DNA of 44,506 nucleotides. It comes from Pseudacidobacterium sp. GTDB taxonomy: Bacteria; Acidobacteriota; Terriglobia; Terriglobales; Acidobacteriaceae. The stretch lies in contig DASRBV010000337.1 in assembly GCA_035653455.1 (NCBI GenBank), positions 1 through 44,506 of the forward strand, read 5' to 3'. Positions 30,046-38,071 of the stretch are shown here, in pieces. Numbering within the stretch: position 1 is the first letter of the stretch; each line of letters starts with the position of its first letter. A program made the translations under genes and the position numbers. A model generated the notes under the pieces. It had not been told where the DNA came from, did no database searches, and saw only the letters and a list, made by a program, of their open reading frames with translations.

Positions 30046-30741
30046 CTACGCCTTTCGCACCGTCCTCCGCTCAATCCTCTTTTCGTACTTCTCACCTTTG
30101 AGGATGCGCTTTACATAGATTCCCGGCGTCACAATGTGGTCAGGGTCAAGCTCTCCTGGTTTGACCAGCTCTTCCACTTCAGCGATGGTGAATTTCGCCG
30201 CCGTCGCCATCATGGGATTGAAATTGCGCGCCGTTTTTCGGTAAATAAGATTTCCGGCAGTGTCGCCCTTCCATGCTTTGATGAGCGCAAAGTCCGCCCG
30301 CAGCCAGCGTTCCAGCAGGTAAGGTCTGCCGTCGAATTCGCGCGTCTCTTTTCCTTCCGCAACCAGAGTACCCACTCCGGCAGGCGTATAAAATGCCGGG
30401 ATTCCGGCACCGCCCGCGCGAATTCTTTCCGCCAGCGTCCCCTGCGGAACAAGTTTCAGGTCCAATTCTCCTTTGAGGACTTTTTCTTCGAGCAGTTTGT
30501 TCTCGCCCACATAGCTGCCCGTGTGCGATGCAATCATTCCGGCCTCCAGCATCAGGCCCATGCCGAAGCCGTCTACGCCCATGTTGTTACTGATGGTGTG
30601 CAGCCCTTTCACGCCGCGGCGTACGAGAGCACTAATCAGGTTTTCCGGAATTCCGCACAGCCCAAATCCCCCGATCATGAGGGTTGAGCCATCAGGAATG
30701 TCGCGTACCGCTTCATCAGCGCTGGACACTACCTTGTTCAC
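30046..30741 (-). CDS. scoA: 3-oxoacid CoA-transferase subunit A
   Basis: [48 protein letters not shown]. Confidence 0.92.
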   Translation of the reverse strand: MNKVVSSADEAVRDIPDGSTLMIGGFGLCGIPENLISALVRRGVKGLHTISNNMGVDGFGMGLMLEAGMIASHTGSYVGENKLLEEKVLKGELDLKLVPQGTLAERIRAGGAGIPAFYTPAGVGTLVAEGKETREFDGRPYLLERWLRADFALIKAWKGDTAGNLIYRKTARNFNPMMATAAKFTIAEVEELVKPGELDPDHIVTPGIYVKRILKGEKYEKRIERRTVRKA

Positions 30742-30917
30742 TTTTGCTCTCCTGTTGCGCGTAAAAGCACTGAGCAGAATACTTCACTCATGAGGTGACT
30801 GCATAGCCACACACTGAATCCAAATCTTATTTAAGGATGATTCGGAAATCGTTCATAGTTCGCAAAATGCGTATCTTGCGGTACGATGTGTGCGGATTGA
30901 CATCACAGGAGGACCTG

Positions 30918-31319
30918 ATGCTGAAAGGATTCCGGGACTTTATTCTTCGCGGAAATGTAGTAGACCTGGCAGTTGCGGTGGTTATAGGCGCGGCATTTAC
31001 ACAGGTAGTGAATTCGCTTGTAAAAAACATTATCAACCCTGTCATCGCGGCAGTGGCAGGAAAGCCGGACTTCTCAGCTTTTGTGCTGGATGTACATGGT
31101 GGAAAGATCACCTATGGCAGCTTCTTCAATGACGTCATCTCCTTCCTGCTCATCTCTGCCGCCGTCTACTTTCTCTTTGTGCTCCCGGTAAACAAGCTCA
31201 TGTCAAAGTTCTTCCCCGCCAAGGCAGAACCTCCTAAAACAAAGTCCTGCCCGGAATGCCTCAGCGATATTCCTGTTGCCGCAAAACGCTGCGCGCACTG
31301 CGCACAACCTGTCGTATAG
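30918..31319 (+). CDS. mscL: Large-conductance mechanosensitive channel with C-terminal CxxC..CxxC
   Basis: MLKGFRDFILRGNVVDLAVAVVIGAAF; AGGAGG RBS. Confidence 0.95.
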   Translation: MLKGFRDFILRGNVVDLAVAVVIGAAFTQVVNSLVKNIINPVIAAVAGKPDFSAFVLDVHGGKITYGSFFNDVISFLLISAAVYFLFVLPVNKLMSKFFPAKAEPPKTKSCPECLSDIPVAAKRCAHCAQPVV

Positions 31320-31476
31320 AAGAATGGCGCCCAGGAATACCTGAGCACGCGGCGAAACAGAGCAGGATAAATTTTCGTCGCGCATGCGATGAAACCAGAG
31401 CAGACCAGCTTCCGGCCATCTCTGGCTTTACCGGTGGCCGTCTTACATCGGGCCCCGGAATGCGTTAACTTAAATC

Positions 31477-32211
31477 ATGAAGCACGCGGAAAAAGGCAAA
31501 GTGTATCTTGTGGGCGCAGGCCCGGGCGATCCGGAGCTGCTGACTCTGCGTGCTGCTTCTCTCATGCAAACAGCCGATTGCATCTTTCACGATGACTTGG
31601 TTGCCCCTGAAATTCTGACGCTCGCAGGCGCCAGCGCGCTGGTGGAAAACGTCGGCAAACGCTGCGGCAATAAAACCATTACCCAGGAACAGATCAATCA
31701 TCTGCTGGTAGAAAAAGCGAAGGCCGGGAACAGCGTTGTGCGCCTGAAGACAGGCGACCCTCTGCTCTTTGGACGGGGCGGCGAAGAAATTGAGGCGCTT
31801 CACAAAGACTCGGTGCCGTTTGAAATTGTCCCGGGAATTACCGCCGGATTTGCGGCAGCCGCGGCTTTGGAGGCTTCCCTCACCGACCGCCGGCTCGCAT
31901 CGAAGGTCATTTTTCTTACAGCACACCGCGCGCAAAGCGGCGAGGAAGCGAGCTTCGGCCCGCTCCCGGAAGACGCTACACTCGTCATCTATATGCCCGG
32001 TTCAGATTACGCCCGCCTCGCACGTCAGCTTGGCGATGCTCGCGTTGCTCCGGAGACGCCCTGCATGATTGTCTCTGGCGCCAGCACGCCACAGGAGCAA
32101 ATACTCCATACATCGGTCGGCGACCTGGCGCAGACGGCAAAATTGCCCGCCCCCTGCGTTGTGCTCGCAGGAAAAGCACTCAGTATCCATCGCATAAAAA
32201 AGACGGGCTGA
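31477..32211 (+). CDS. cobA: Uroporphyrinogen-III C-methyltransferase
   Basis: VYLVGAGPGDPELLTL, VVRLKTGDPLLFGRGGEE, VPGIT. Confidence 0.93.
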   Translation: MKHAEKGKVYLVGAGPGDPELLTLRAASLMQTADCIFHDDLVAPEILTLAGASALVENVGKRCGNKTITQEQINHLLVEKAKAGNSVVRLKTGDPLLFGRGGEEIEALHKDSVPFEIVPGITAGFAAAAALEASLTDRRLASKVIFLTAHRAQSGEEASFGPLPEDATLVIYMPGSDYARLARQLGDARVAPETPCMIVSGASTPQEQILHTSVGDLAQTAKLPAPCVVLAGKALSIHRIKKTG

Positions 32212-32230
32212 GATATCATCAGCCCGTCTT
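32200..32230 (-). terminator. Terminator hairpin between convergent cobA and OmpA-like genes
   Basis: 12-bp stem AAGACGGGCTGA/TCAGCCCGTCTT; the A-run on its left reads as a U-tract on the minus strand. Confidence 0.75.
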
Positions 32231-32250
32231 CATCTGGAAGCAGGTCCTGC

Positions 32251-33027
32251 TTACTGCTGGGGGGAGGTGACCTGTCCTTCCTGCGGCAATTTCACTGTGC
32301 CTGTAGATTGGGCGGTCTGGTTATCACTGCCGCTCATATTGGAAAGCAACTGAATTTCGACGCGACGGTTCTTCGCGCGTCCGGAGGGAGTACTGTTCGA
32401 GGCCACCGCCTTGTCTTTCCCAATTCCAACCAGATAGAAGCGGTGCGGCGGAACGTTGTACTTTGACGCCAGATACTGCACCACAGCCTCTGCCCTGCGC
32501 TGGCTGAGAGCATAGTTGTAGTCGGCTGGACCCGTTGAGTCCGTGCCGCCGGTCAGAGCAAGAATGTAGCTCTTCTGTCCGTTCAGTTGAGCAGCAAACT
32601 CATCCAGCTTCTGTTTGTCAGAGCGGGTCAGATCGGCCTTGTCAAAGCCGAAGTTCACCTGCACGTCTGCCACCTGCTTGTAGTTGTCAAGGTTGGCTAC
32701 AACTCCCGATAGCGAATCCACGCGGTTCACCGCTTCCTGCGCCGATTGCTGCGCCTGCGATGCCGCCGTTCCTGCACTCTGCGCAGACTGTTGCGCCTGG
32801 TTGGCGCTGTTCTGCGCCTGTGTGATCCCGGCCTGCGCACGCTGGTCTACATCGTGCAGATTGCGGTTGTTTGTGGCCACCGCGTCATCGAGTTCGTTGG
32901 TCTTCTGAATCACTGGTGTGGTCTGGCTGCGAACATAGTTCTTGGTGGTGCAGCCTGTGGCCAAGAGCAGCGACAAGGCTCCGAGCGCCGAAACAGCCTG
33001 AAGTGTCATTTTTCCTGTGTGTGTCAT
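32251..33027 (-). CDS. OmpA-family peptidoglycan-binding lipoprotein with coiled-coil stalk
   Basis: Lipobox LATGC; Gln/Ala coiled coil; FGFDKADL, TDSTG..YNYALSQRRA, NRRVEI. Confidence 0.9.
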   Translation of the reverse strand: MTHTGKMTLQAVSALGALSLLLATGCTTKNYVRSQTTPVIQKTNELDDAVATNNRNLHDVDQRAQAGITQAQNSANQAQQSAQSAGTAASQAQQSAQEAVNRVDSLSGVVANLDNYKQVADVQVNFGFDKADLTRSDKQKLDEFAAQLNGQKSYILALTGGTDSTGPADYNYALSQRRAEAVVQYLASKYNVPPHRFYLVGIGKDKAVASNSTPSGRAKNRRVEIQLLSNMSGSDNQTAQSTGTVKLPQEGQVTSPQQ

Positions 33028-33268
33028 TTTCGTTCTCACTCCATTCCCAGAGAGCAAGCGCACGCCTCTCCCTTTACCTCTGTCCATCAGGTCTGCAAGC
33101 CCTGTGCCAAATCCATAAACGCCATGGAAGTACTTTTTTTTCAATTGTTTAATATCTGTTTGCATTCTTTTAAAAACATTCATCCGGGCTTGAAAACCGG
33201 GTAGCTTTTACCCGGCTCCGTGCAATTCAGGGAAGGCAAAAGCGAAGAAACGGTAAACTGAAATTCAG

Positions 33269-35161
33269 GTGGATTTACAGGAGAAAATTCGCACATTGCC
33301 GGCGCGTCCCGGCGTGTACCTGTACAAAAATGCAGATGGCGAAATCATCTATGTAGGCAAGGCAAAGGACCTTCGCTCGCGTGTCCGCTCCTACCTGCTG
33401 GAAGCCTCACAGGCCAACGCCAAGACCGGCTCTCTGATGCGCGAGGCCGTAGACCTCGACTACATTCTGGTAGATAACGAGCATGAAGCACTGGCGCTTG
33501 AAAACAATCTCATCAAGCAGCGTAAGCCGCGCTTCAATATTCTGCTGCGCGACGACAAGACCTATCCCTACGTGAAACTAACGCTCGCCGACCGTTACCC
33601 GAAGGTCTTTGTCACCCGTCGTCTGCGCAAAGATGGCAGTGCCTATTACGGCCCGTATTTTCCAGGAAACCTCGCCCACCGCATCGTAGACCTCATCCAC
33701 CGCAGTTTCCTCATTCCAAGCTGTAAAGTAGACCTCTCGCGCTATCATCCACGCCCGTGCCTGCAGTACTACATCAAGCGCTGCCTCGGCCCGTGCGTCG
33801 AAGGACTCACCACGCCCGAAGCCTATCGCGAAGCCGTGCGTGACACCCAGTTGTTCCTCGAAGGCCGCGCAGCCGAACTCGGCAAGTCCATCGAAGACCG
33901 CATGCACACCGCTGCCGCAAATGAGCAGTACGAACTCGCCGCGAAATACCGCGACCTGCTGCGCACCGTCTCTGAATTACAGGAAAAGCAGCGCATCGCA
34001 TCGGCAGAGAATGACGATGCCGACGTCTTCGGCTATCACTTTGAAAATGGAATGCTCGCCGTCAATCTCTTCCACATGCGCGTAGGCAAAATCGTGGACC
34101 GCCGCGAATTCTTCTGGGAAGATTTGCCGGAGCTTCTCGCCCAGGATGGAGACGAAGAGCAAATCGCAAAGCAGTCTGCAAACTTTCAAGCAGGAACATT
34201 CTTCTCTGCCCTGCTGAAGCAGCTTTACATTGACCAGCAATATGTTCCGCGCAGCATCTTCGTGCCCGTGGACTTCACCGACCGCGAAACGCTGTCTGCG
34301 CTCTTGAGCCAGCAAACCGGGCACAAGATTGAAATTGCCGTCCCGCAGCGCGGAGAAAAGCGCTCGCTCGTTGATCTTGCCGGACAAAACGCGAAACAAG
34401 GCTATGACCAGCGCTTCCGCGTCATGCAGCCCAGCCAGAAGGCCATCCAGGAAGCATTACAGGACGTGCTTGTTCTTCCGGAACTGCCGCGCCGCATCGA
34501 GTGCTTCGACATTTCGCATATTCAGGGCGCGGAGACGGTCGCTTCCATGGTCGTCTGGGAAGACGGCGCAATGAAAAAGTCCGATTACCGCAAATTCCAG
34601 ATAAAGACTGTCTCCGGCGTAGATGATTTTGCGGCCATGCGCGAAGTCGTCACACGGCGCTATAAACGCGTGGCTGAAGAAAACAAACCGATGCCCAGTC
34701 TCATTCTCATTGATGGCGGACTGGGCCAGCTCCATGCTGCGGCCTCCGCGCTCGAAGAACTGGGCCTCACCAGCCAGCCGCTCGCATCCATCGCCAAGCG
34801 CGAAGAAATCATTTACCTCTACGGGCAGGAGGACGATCCCATTGTGCTCGACCGCCGCTCGCCCGTATTGCATCTGGTGCAGCGCATTCGCGATGAATCC
34901 CACCGCTTCGCCATCGCATACCACCGCAAGCGCCGCGAGATGCGCGACCGCGACTCCGAGCTGCTCACCATCCCCGGAGTCGGCGCCCGCACCCGTACCC
35001 GCCTGCTCGAACACTTCGGCAGCCTGCGCAGCGTGCAGAATGCTGGCATTGAAGCCCTTACCGCAGTAGTTCCACGCCGAACAGCTGAACAAATCTACGC
35101 GCATTTTCACCCTCACCCGGCATCCGTCATTGTTTCTTTGCCGGCTGACGGTCATAGCTGA
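33269..35161 (+). CDS. uvrC: Excinuclease ABC subunit C
   Basis: GIY-YIG (PGVYLY..IIYVGKAKDLRSRV), Cys cluster, RIECFDISH, LIDGGLGQL, RDESHRFA, HhH IPGVG. Confidence 0.97.
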   Translation: MDLQEKIRTLPARPGVYLYKNADGEIIYVGKAKDLRSRVRSYLLEASQANAKTGSLMREAVDLDYILVDNEHEALALENNLIKQRKPRFNILLRDDKTYPYVKLTLADRYPKVFVTRRLRKDGSAYYGPYFPGNLAHRIVDLIHRSFLIPSCKVDLSRYHPRPCLQYYIKRCLGPCVEGLTTPEAYREAVRDTQLFLEGRAAELGKSIEDRMHTAAANEQYELAAKYRDLLRTVSELQEKQRIASAENDDADVFGYHFENGMLAVNLFHMRVGKIVDRREFFWEDLPELLAQDGDEEQIAKQSANFQAGTFFSALLKQLYIDQQYVPRSIFVPVDFTDRETLSALLSQQTGHKIEIAVPQRGEKRSLVDLAGQNAKQGYDQRFRVMQPSQKAIQEALQDVLVLPELPRRIECFDISHIQGAETVASMVVWEDGAMKKSDYRKFQIKTVSGVDDFAAMREVVTRRYKRVAEENKPMPSLILIDGGLGQLHAAASALEELGLTSQPLASIAKREEIIYLYGQEDDPIVLDRRSPVLHLVQRIRDESHRFAIAYHRKRREMRDRDSELLTIPGVGARTRTRLLEHFGSLRSVQNAGIEALTAVVPRRTAEQIYAHFHPHPASVIVSLPADGHS

Positions 35162-35206
35162 TAACGCGTGTGATTTTTCCGCGTCCCGTTCTTGTATCAC
35201 CGGATC

Positions 35207-35264
35207 CGATATATCGAAAATATCTTGAATCCAGACTGTATTTAGATATATCTTAAGACATATC
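35207..35264. promoter_or_regulatory. PadR promoter/operator region with GATATATC palindromes
   Basis: CGATATATCG (35207-35216), AGATATATCT (35244-35253) and a degenerate GACATATC just upstream of the RBS. Confidence 0.55.
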
Positions 35265-35279
35265 AAAGGAGTATTTGAT

Positions 35280-35870
35280 ATGTTTGGAAACTTTACCCAT
35301 GAAGGCGGCCGCTGCGGACACTGGAAACATTTCCGTGGTGGACGGGGCTGGTTCGGTGAAGCCGGCGAATTCTGGGGCCGTCGCGGACACCGCTTCGGCG
35401 GCGACTTCGGCGGACGGCTCTTTGACCACGGCGAACTGCGCTATGTCATCCTGCAGATGATTGCCGAAAAACCAGGCTATGGCTACGAGATCATGAAGGT
35501 CATCGGGGAGCGGCTTGCGGGCATTTATGCTCCAAGTGCAGGCGTGGTGTATCCAACCCTGACGCTGCTCGAAGAAGAGGGCCTCGCCACCGTCACCTCG
35601 ACTGAAGGCGGAAAAAAACTCTACGCCATTACTGAAGCCGGCAAGAAAGAACTAAAGGCGAACAAGGCACTGGTGGACGCCATCTTTTACCGCATGGACA
35701 AGGTCGGTGCCGCATTTGGACGCGGCCGCTCACCGCAGATCATGCGCGCCATGCACAACTTCAGACTGGCACTGAAGCTGCGCTTTGCCCAGGGCGACCT
35801 CTCAAAAGAACAGATCAACAAAATCGCGGAGATTATTGATGCAGCCGCAAAGCAGATTGAGTCCATCTGA
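35280..35870 (+). CDS. PadR-family transcriptional regulator (YqjI-like)
   Basis: GELRYVIL..YGYEIMK..PSAGVVYPTLTLLEE..KKLYAITEAG; Gly/Arg/His-rich N-terminal extension. Confidence 0.9.
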   Translation: MFGNFTHEGGRCGHWKHFRGGRGWFGEAGEFWGRRGHRFGGDFGGRLFDHGELRYVILQMIAEKPGYGYEIMKVIGERLAGIYAPSAGVVYPTLTLLEEEGLATVTSTEGGKKLYAITEAGKKELKANKALVDAIFYRMDKVGAAFGRGRSPQIMRAMHNFRLALKLRFAQGDLSKEQINKIAEIIDAAAKQIESI

Positions 35871-36015
35871 GGAGGACACACTACTTGAGCGTCTGTATGA
35901 GCTGGAAGCCAAAAATCTACAGCTACAGACGCTCGTAGTCGAGTTACTGGACAAGAACCAACGCCTGCGCAATTCCCTGGCCCGGTATGAGCAGCAGGTT
36001 GAGGTACAAAACTAA
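35857..36015 (+). CDS. Small leucine-zipper-like hypothetical protein
   Basis: LYELEAKNLQLQTLVVELLDKNQRLRNSL heptad pattern; exactly fills the PadR-PhzF gap. Start uncertain (TTG 35857 within ORF 35785..36015). Confidence 0.55.
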   Translation: MSPSEEDTLLERLYELEAKNLQLQTLVVELLDKNQRLRNSLARYEQQVEVQN

Positions 36016-36056
36016 AAATCCTGCCTCATCGTATTGAGAACCTCTAGGCTAAGGAC

Positions 36057-36932
36057 ATGCGCGAATTTGTGTATCACCTTTGCGATGTCTTTACCGGCAC
36101 TCCCTTCCAGGGCAACCAGCTCGCTGTATTTGAGAATGCCGGAGGTCTGACGACGGCAGAAATGCAGAAGCTGGCCAACGAAACCAATCTCTCTGAGACC
36201 ACATTCATCATGCGCCGCTCTGCGGAAATGGAAGCAAACCGCGGCGTGCGCGTGCGCATCTTCACCACGCAGGAAGAGCTTCCCTTCGCCGGTCATCCAA
36301 CGCTCGGCACGGCCAGTTTCATCCGCCGCTTTCTTCCTGAATTTTCAGAGCGCGAACTCATCACTCTCGAACTGAACGTGGGCGCCGTGCAGGTGCGTTT
36401 TACTTCGCCTCGGCACGGCGAGATGACGCAGCCCAATCCCGTCTTTGGACAGATGCACGAACGGGAAGCTGTTGCCCAGGCCATCGGTGTTTCCACAGAC
36501 GATATCGCTTCAGACATGCCTGTGCAGACTGTTTCAACCGGTATGCCTTTCTGCATTGTGCCGTTTCGTTCAGTGGACGCGCTCTCACACCTGCGAATTC
36601 CCGGCGCCCTGGCAGAAGCCTATTTAAAAAACACCGATGCGAAATTCTTCTACTGCATCACTCAGGAATTGCAAGGTGTGTGGCGCGCGCGGATGCAGTT
36701 TTACAACGGCGAAGATCCAGCTACCGGGTCGGCTGCGGGCTGCGCGATTGCCTATCTGGTGCGCCACGGCTTCGCCGCATCCGGCGAGCAATTGCACATT
36801 CGCCAGGGCATCGAAATAGGCCGCGCGGGTGAGATCGGCGTTCGTGCAAAATTCGATGGTGTCTCCGTAAGCGAAGTTCGCGTTTCCGGCAGCACAATTT
36901 TTGTGGCAAACGGACGCTTTTTCCTTGAATGA
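36057..36932 (+). CDS. PhzF family isomerase/epimerase
   Basis: DVFT..GNQLAV, NLSETTF, RIFT..ELPFAGHPTLG, EDPATGSA. Confidence 0.93.
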   Translation: MREFVYHLCDVFTGTPFQGNQLAVFENAGGLTTAEMQKLANETNLSETTFIMRRSAEMEANRGVRVRIFTTQEELPFAGHPTLGTASFIRRFLPEFSERELITLELNVGAVQVRFTSPRHGEMTQPNPVFGQMHEREAVAQAIGVSTDDIASDMPVQTVSTGMPFCIVPFRSVDALSHLRIPGALAEAYLKNTDAKFFYCITQELQGVWRARMQFYNGEDPATGSAAGCAIAYLVRHGFAASGEQLHIRQGIEIGRAGEIGVRAKFDGVSVSEVRVSGSTIFVANGRFFLE

Positions 36933-37046
36933 TTCACATGCTTTCAACAGGCCTGAGGACGCGCATCTTCAAGCCCAGAGCGGAGAAATCAAAATACGGT
37001 GAATCTTCAGTAAAAAATTCACACCTCTTTCGCTTCATCTTCCCTA

Positions 37047-37075
37047 TTTACACAGCGCTCCGGGCTTCGTACTCT
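37047..37075 (+). promoter_or_regulatory. Sigma70-like promoter (TTTACA-17 bp-TACTCT)
   Basis: -35 at 37047-37052 and -10 at 37070-37075 with 17-bp spacing. Confidence 0.5.
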
Positions 37076-37081
37076 CGGAAA

Positions 37082-37400
37082 GCGTTCAGAAATCAGAAGT
37101 GGTTCTGAAACGTAAACTTTCGCCTATATCACACAACTGAATAAGGGCCGGAGCGCGTGGCATATGCGCGCTTTCAAGCGGCTTGTGCATACGTGCCTGC
37201 TATCTTCCCGCAGCAGTAAAAGGGAACCGCGCAGGCGTGCAGAAAGCTGCTTCTGTTGCTGCGCTGGCAACCATGTCCGCCTCCGGCCAACCGCACCCCG
37301 AACTGAGGCGGGGGATGCGGCACCGCGCACACGCGTGGAGGAAATTTGCTTCCCCAAAAACCTCCACGCCGCGCGGATGCCCTCTCTTTGTCTTTTTTCG
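37082..37400 (+). ncRNA. Candidate structured ncRNA / long 5' leader of unknown family
   Basis: At least six hairpins follow the predicted promoter; the last is a long GC-rich stem followed by a U-rich tract. No credible ORF. Confidence 0.4.
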
Positions 37401-37485
37401 CGTGTGGATGATGTGGAACATTGCGGGCCAGATATGCGCGCCCGCACAACCGCTTTCGCCATGTTCGCGAAGCAGTCAGGATGTT

Positions 37486-37914
37486 ATGAGGCCCCGAAAA
37501 GTAATTCTTTGCGTTGATGACAATGAACAGGCCCTTTCCGTTCGCAAATTTATGCTGGAAACACGCGGCTATCGCGTAGTCACTGCTCTCAGTGCTGAAG
37601 AAGCGCTGGAGGTTTTCCGCTCAGGTGGAGTAGATCTGGTCTTGAGCGATCTCATCATGCCGCAGATGGACGGCAATGAGATGGTGCGCCGCATGAAAGA
37701 CATCGCGCCGGACGTGCCCATGATTCTGCTCAGCGGTACGGTCAAGGCCTTTGACCGCGCCAGCCATGCCGACGCCTTTCTGCCCAAGGGGGCCTGTACG
37801 CCGCTCGAAATGCTGGAGCGGATCCGCATCATGATCGCGCGCAAACGCGGCCCCAGGAAGGCCACCCCGCGCCCATTCTATCAACCTCAAACCGCGATGC
37901 CTTCCATCGCCTGA
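37486..37914 (+). CDS. Single-domain response regulator with basic C-terminal tail
   Basis: ILCVDD, phospho-acceptor D in LSDLIMPQMDG, LSG, FLPK; tail RKRGPRK. ATG at 37486 preceded by CAGGA. Confidence 0.9.
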   Translation: MRPRKVILCVDDNEQALSVRKFMLETRGYRVVTALSAEEALEVFRSGGVDLVLSDLIMPQMDGNEMVRRMKDIAPDVPMILLSGTVKAFDRASHADAFLPKGACTPLEMLERIRIMIARKRGPRKATPRPFYQPQTAMPSIA

Positions 37915-37925
37915 ACAGATGCAGG

Positions 37926-37946
37926 CCCCGCAGTTCTGCTGCGGGG
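37926..37946 (+). terminator. GC-rich hairpin after the response regulator
   Basis: CCCCGCAG-TTCTG-CTGCGGGG; no adjoining U-tract, MITE copy B starts immediately after. Confidence 0.5.
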
Positions 37947-38067
37947 TATAGCATTTTCACCGATAGCCTGGACCATGCCCCGAAACTACAGTCGCCGCGA
38001 CCAACAGCGAGTCAGGCGACACTGCACAGTGCAAATGGAGTGTATTGAATCTGTGAAAATGCCGTAG
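37947..38067 (+). mobile_element. MITE-like repeat, copy B (full length)
   Basis: TATAGCATTTTCACCGAT..ATCTGTGAAAATGCCGTA; colinear with copy C. Confidence 0.8.
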
Positions 38068-38071
38068 TCTC

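Noticed and set aside
31477-32211. Cobalamin or siroheme biosynthesis cluster
   Set aside because: cobA is isolated, with no other tetrapyrrole genes or cobalamin riboswitch nearby.
33184-33268. SOS box upstream of uvrC
   Set aside because: Only a CCGGGTA/TACCCGG inverted repeat (33197-33215) is visible. It matches neither CTGT-N8-ACAG nor GTTC-N7-GTTC.
36057-36932. Phenazine biosynthesis cluster
   Set aside because: Lone PhzF-family gene with no phzA/B/D/E/G; such homologues are widespread.
37333-37345. GAGGAAA as RNase P RNA signature
   Set aside because: Continues ATTTG rather than GTCC, and I see no matching 3' P4 strand.
37183-37485. N-terminal extension of ORF 37183..37914 and overlapping ORFs 37124..37462 and 37164..37517
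   Set aside because: Low-complexity Arg/Ala/Cys-rich translations. The receiver domain starts cleanly at ATG 37486 with an RBS, and the region is better explained as structured RNA.
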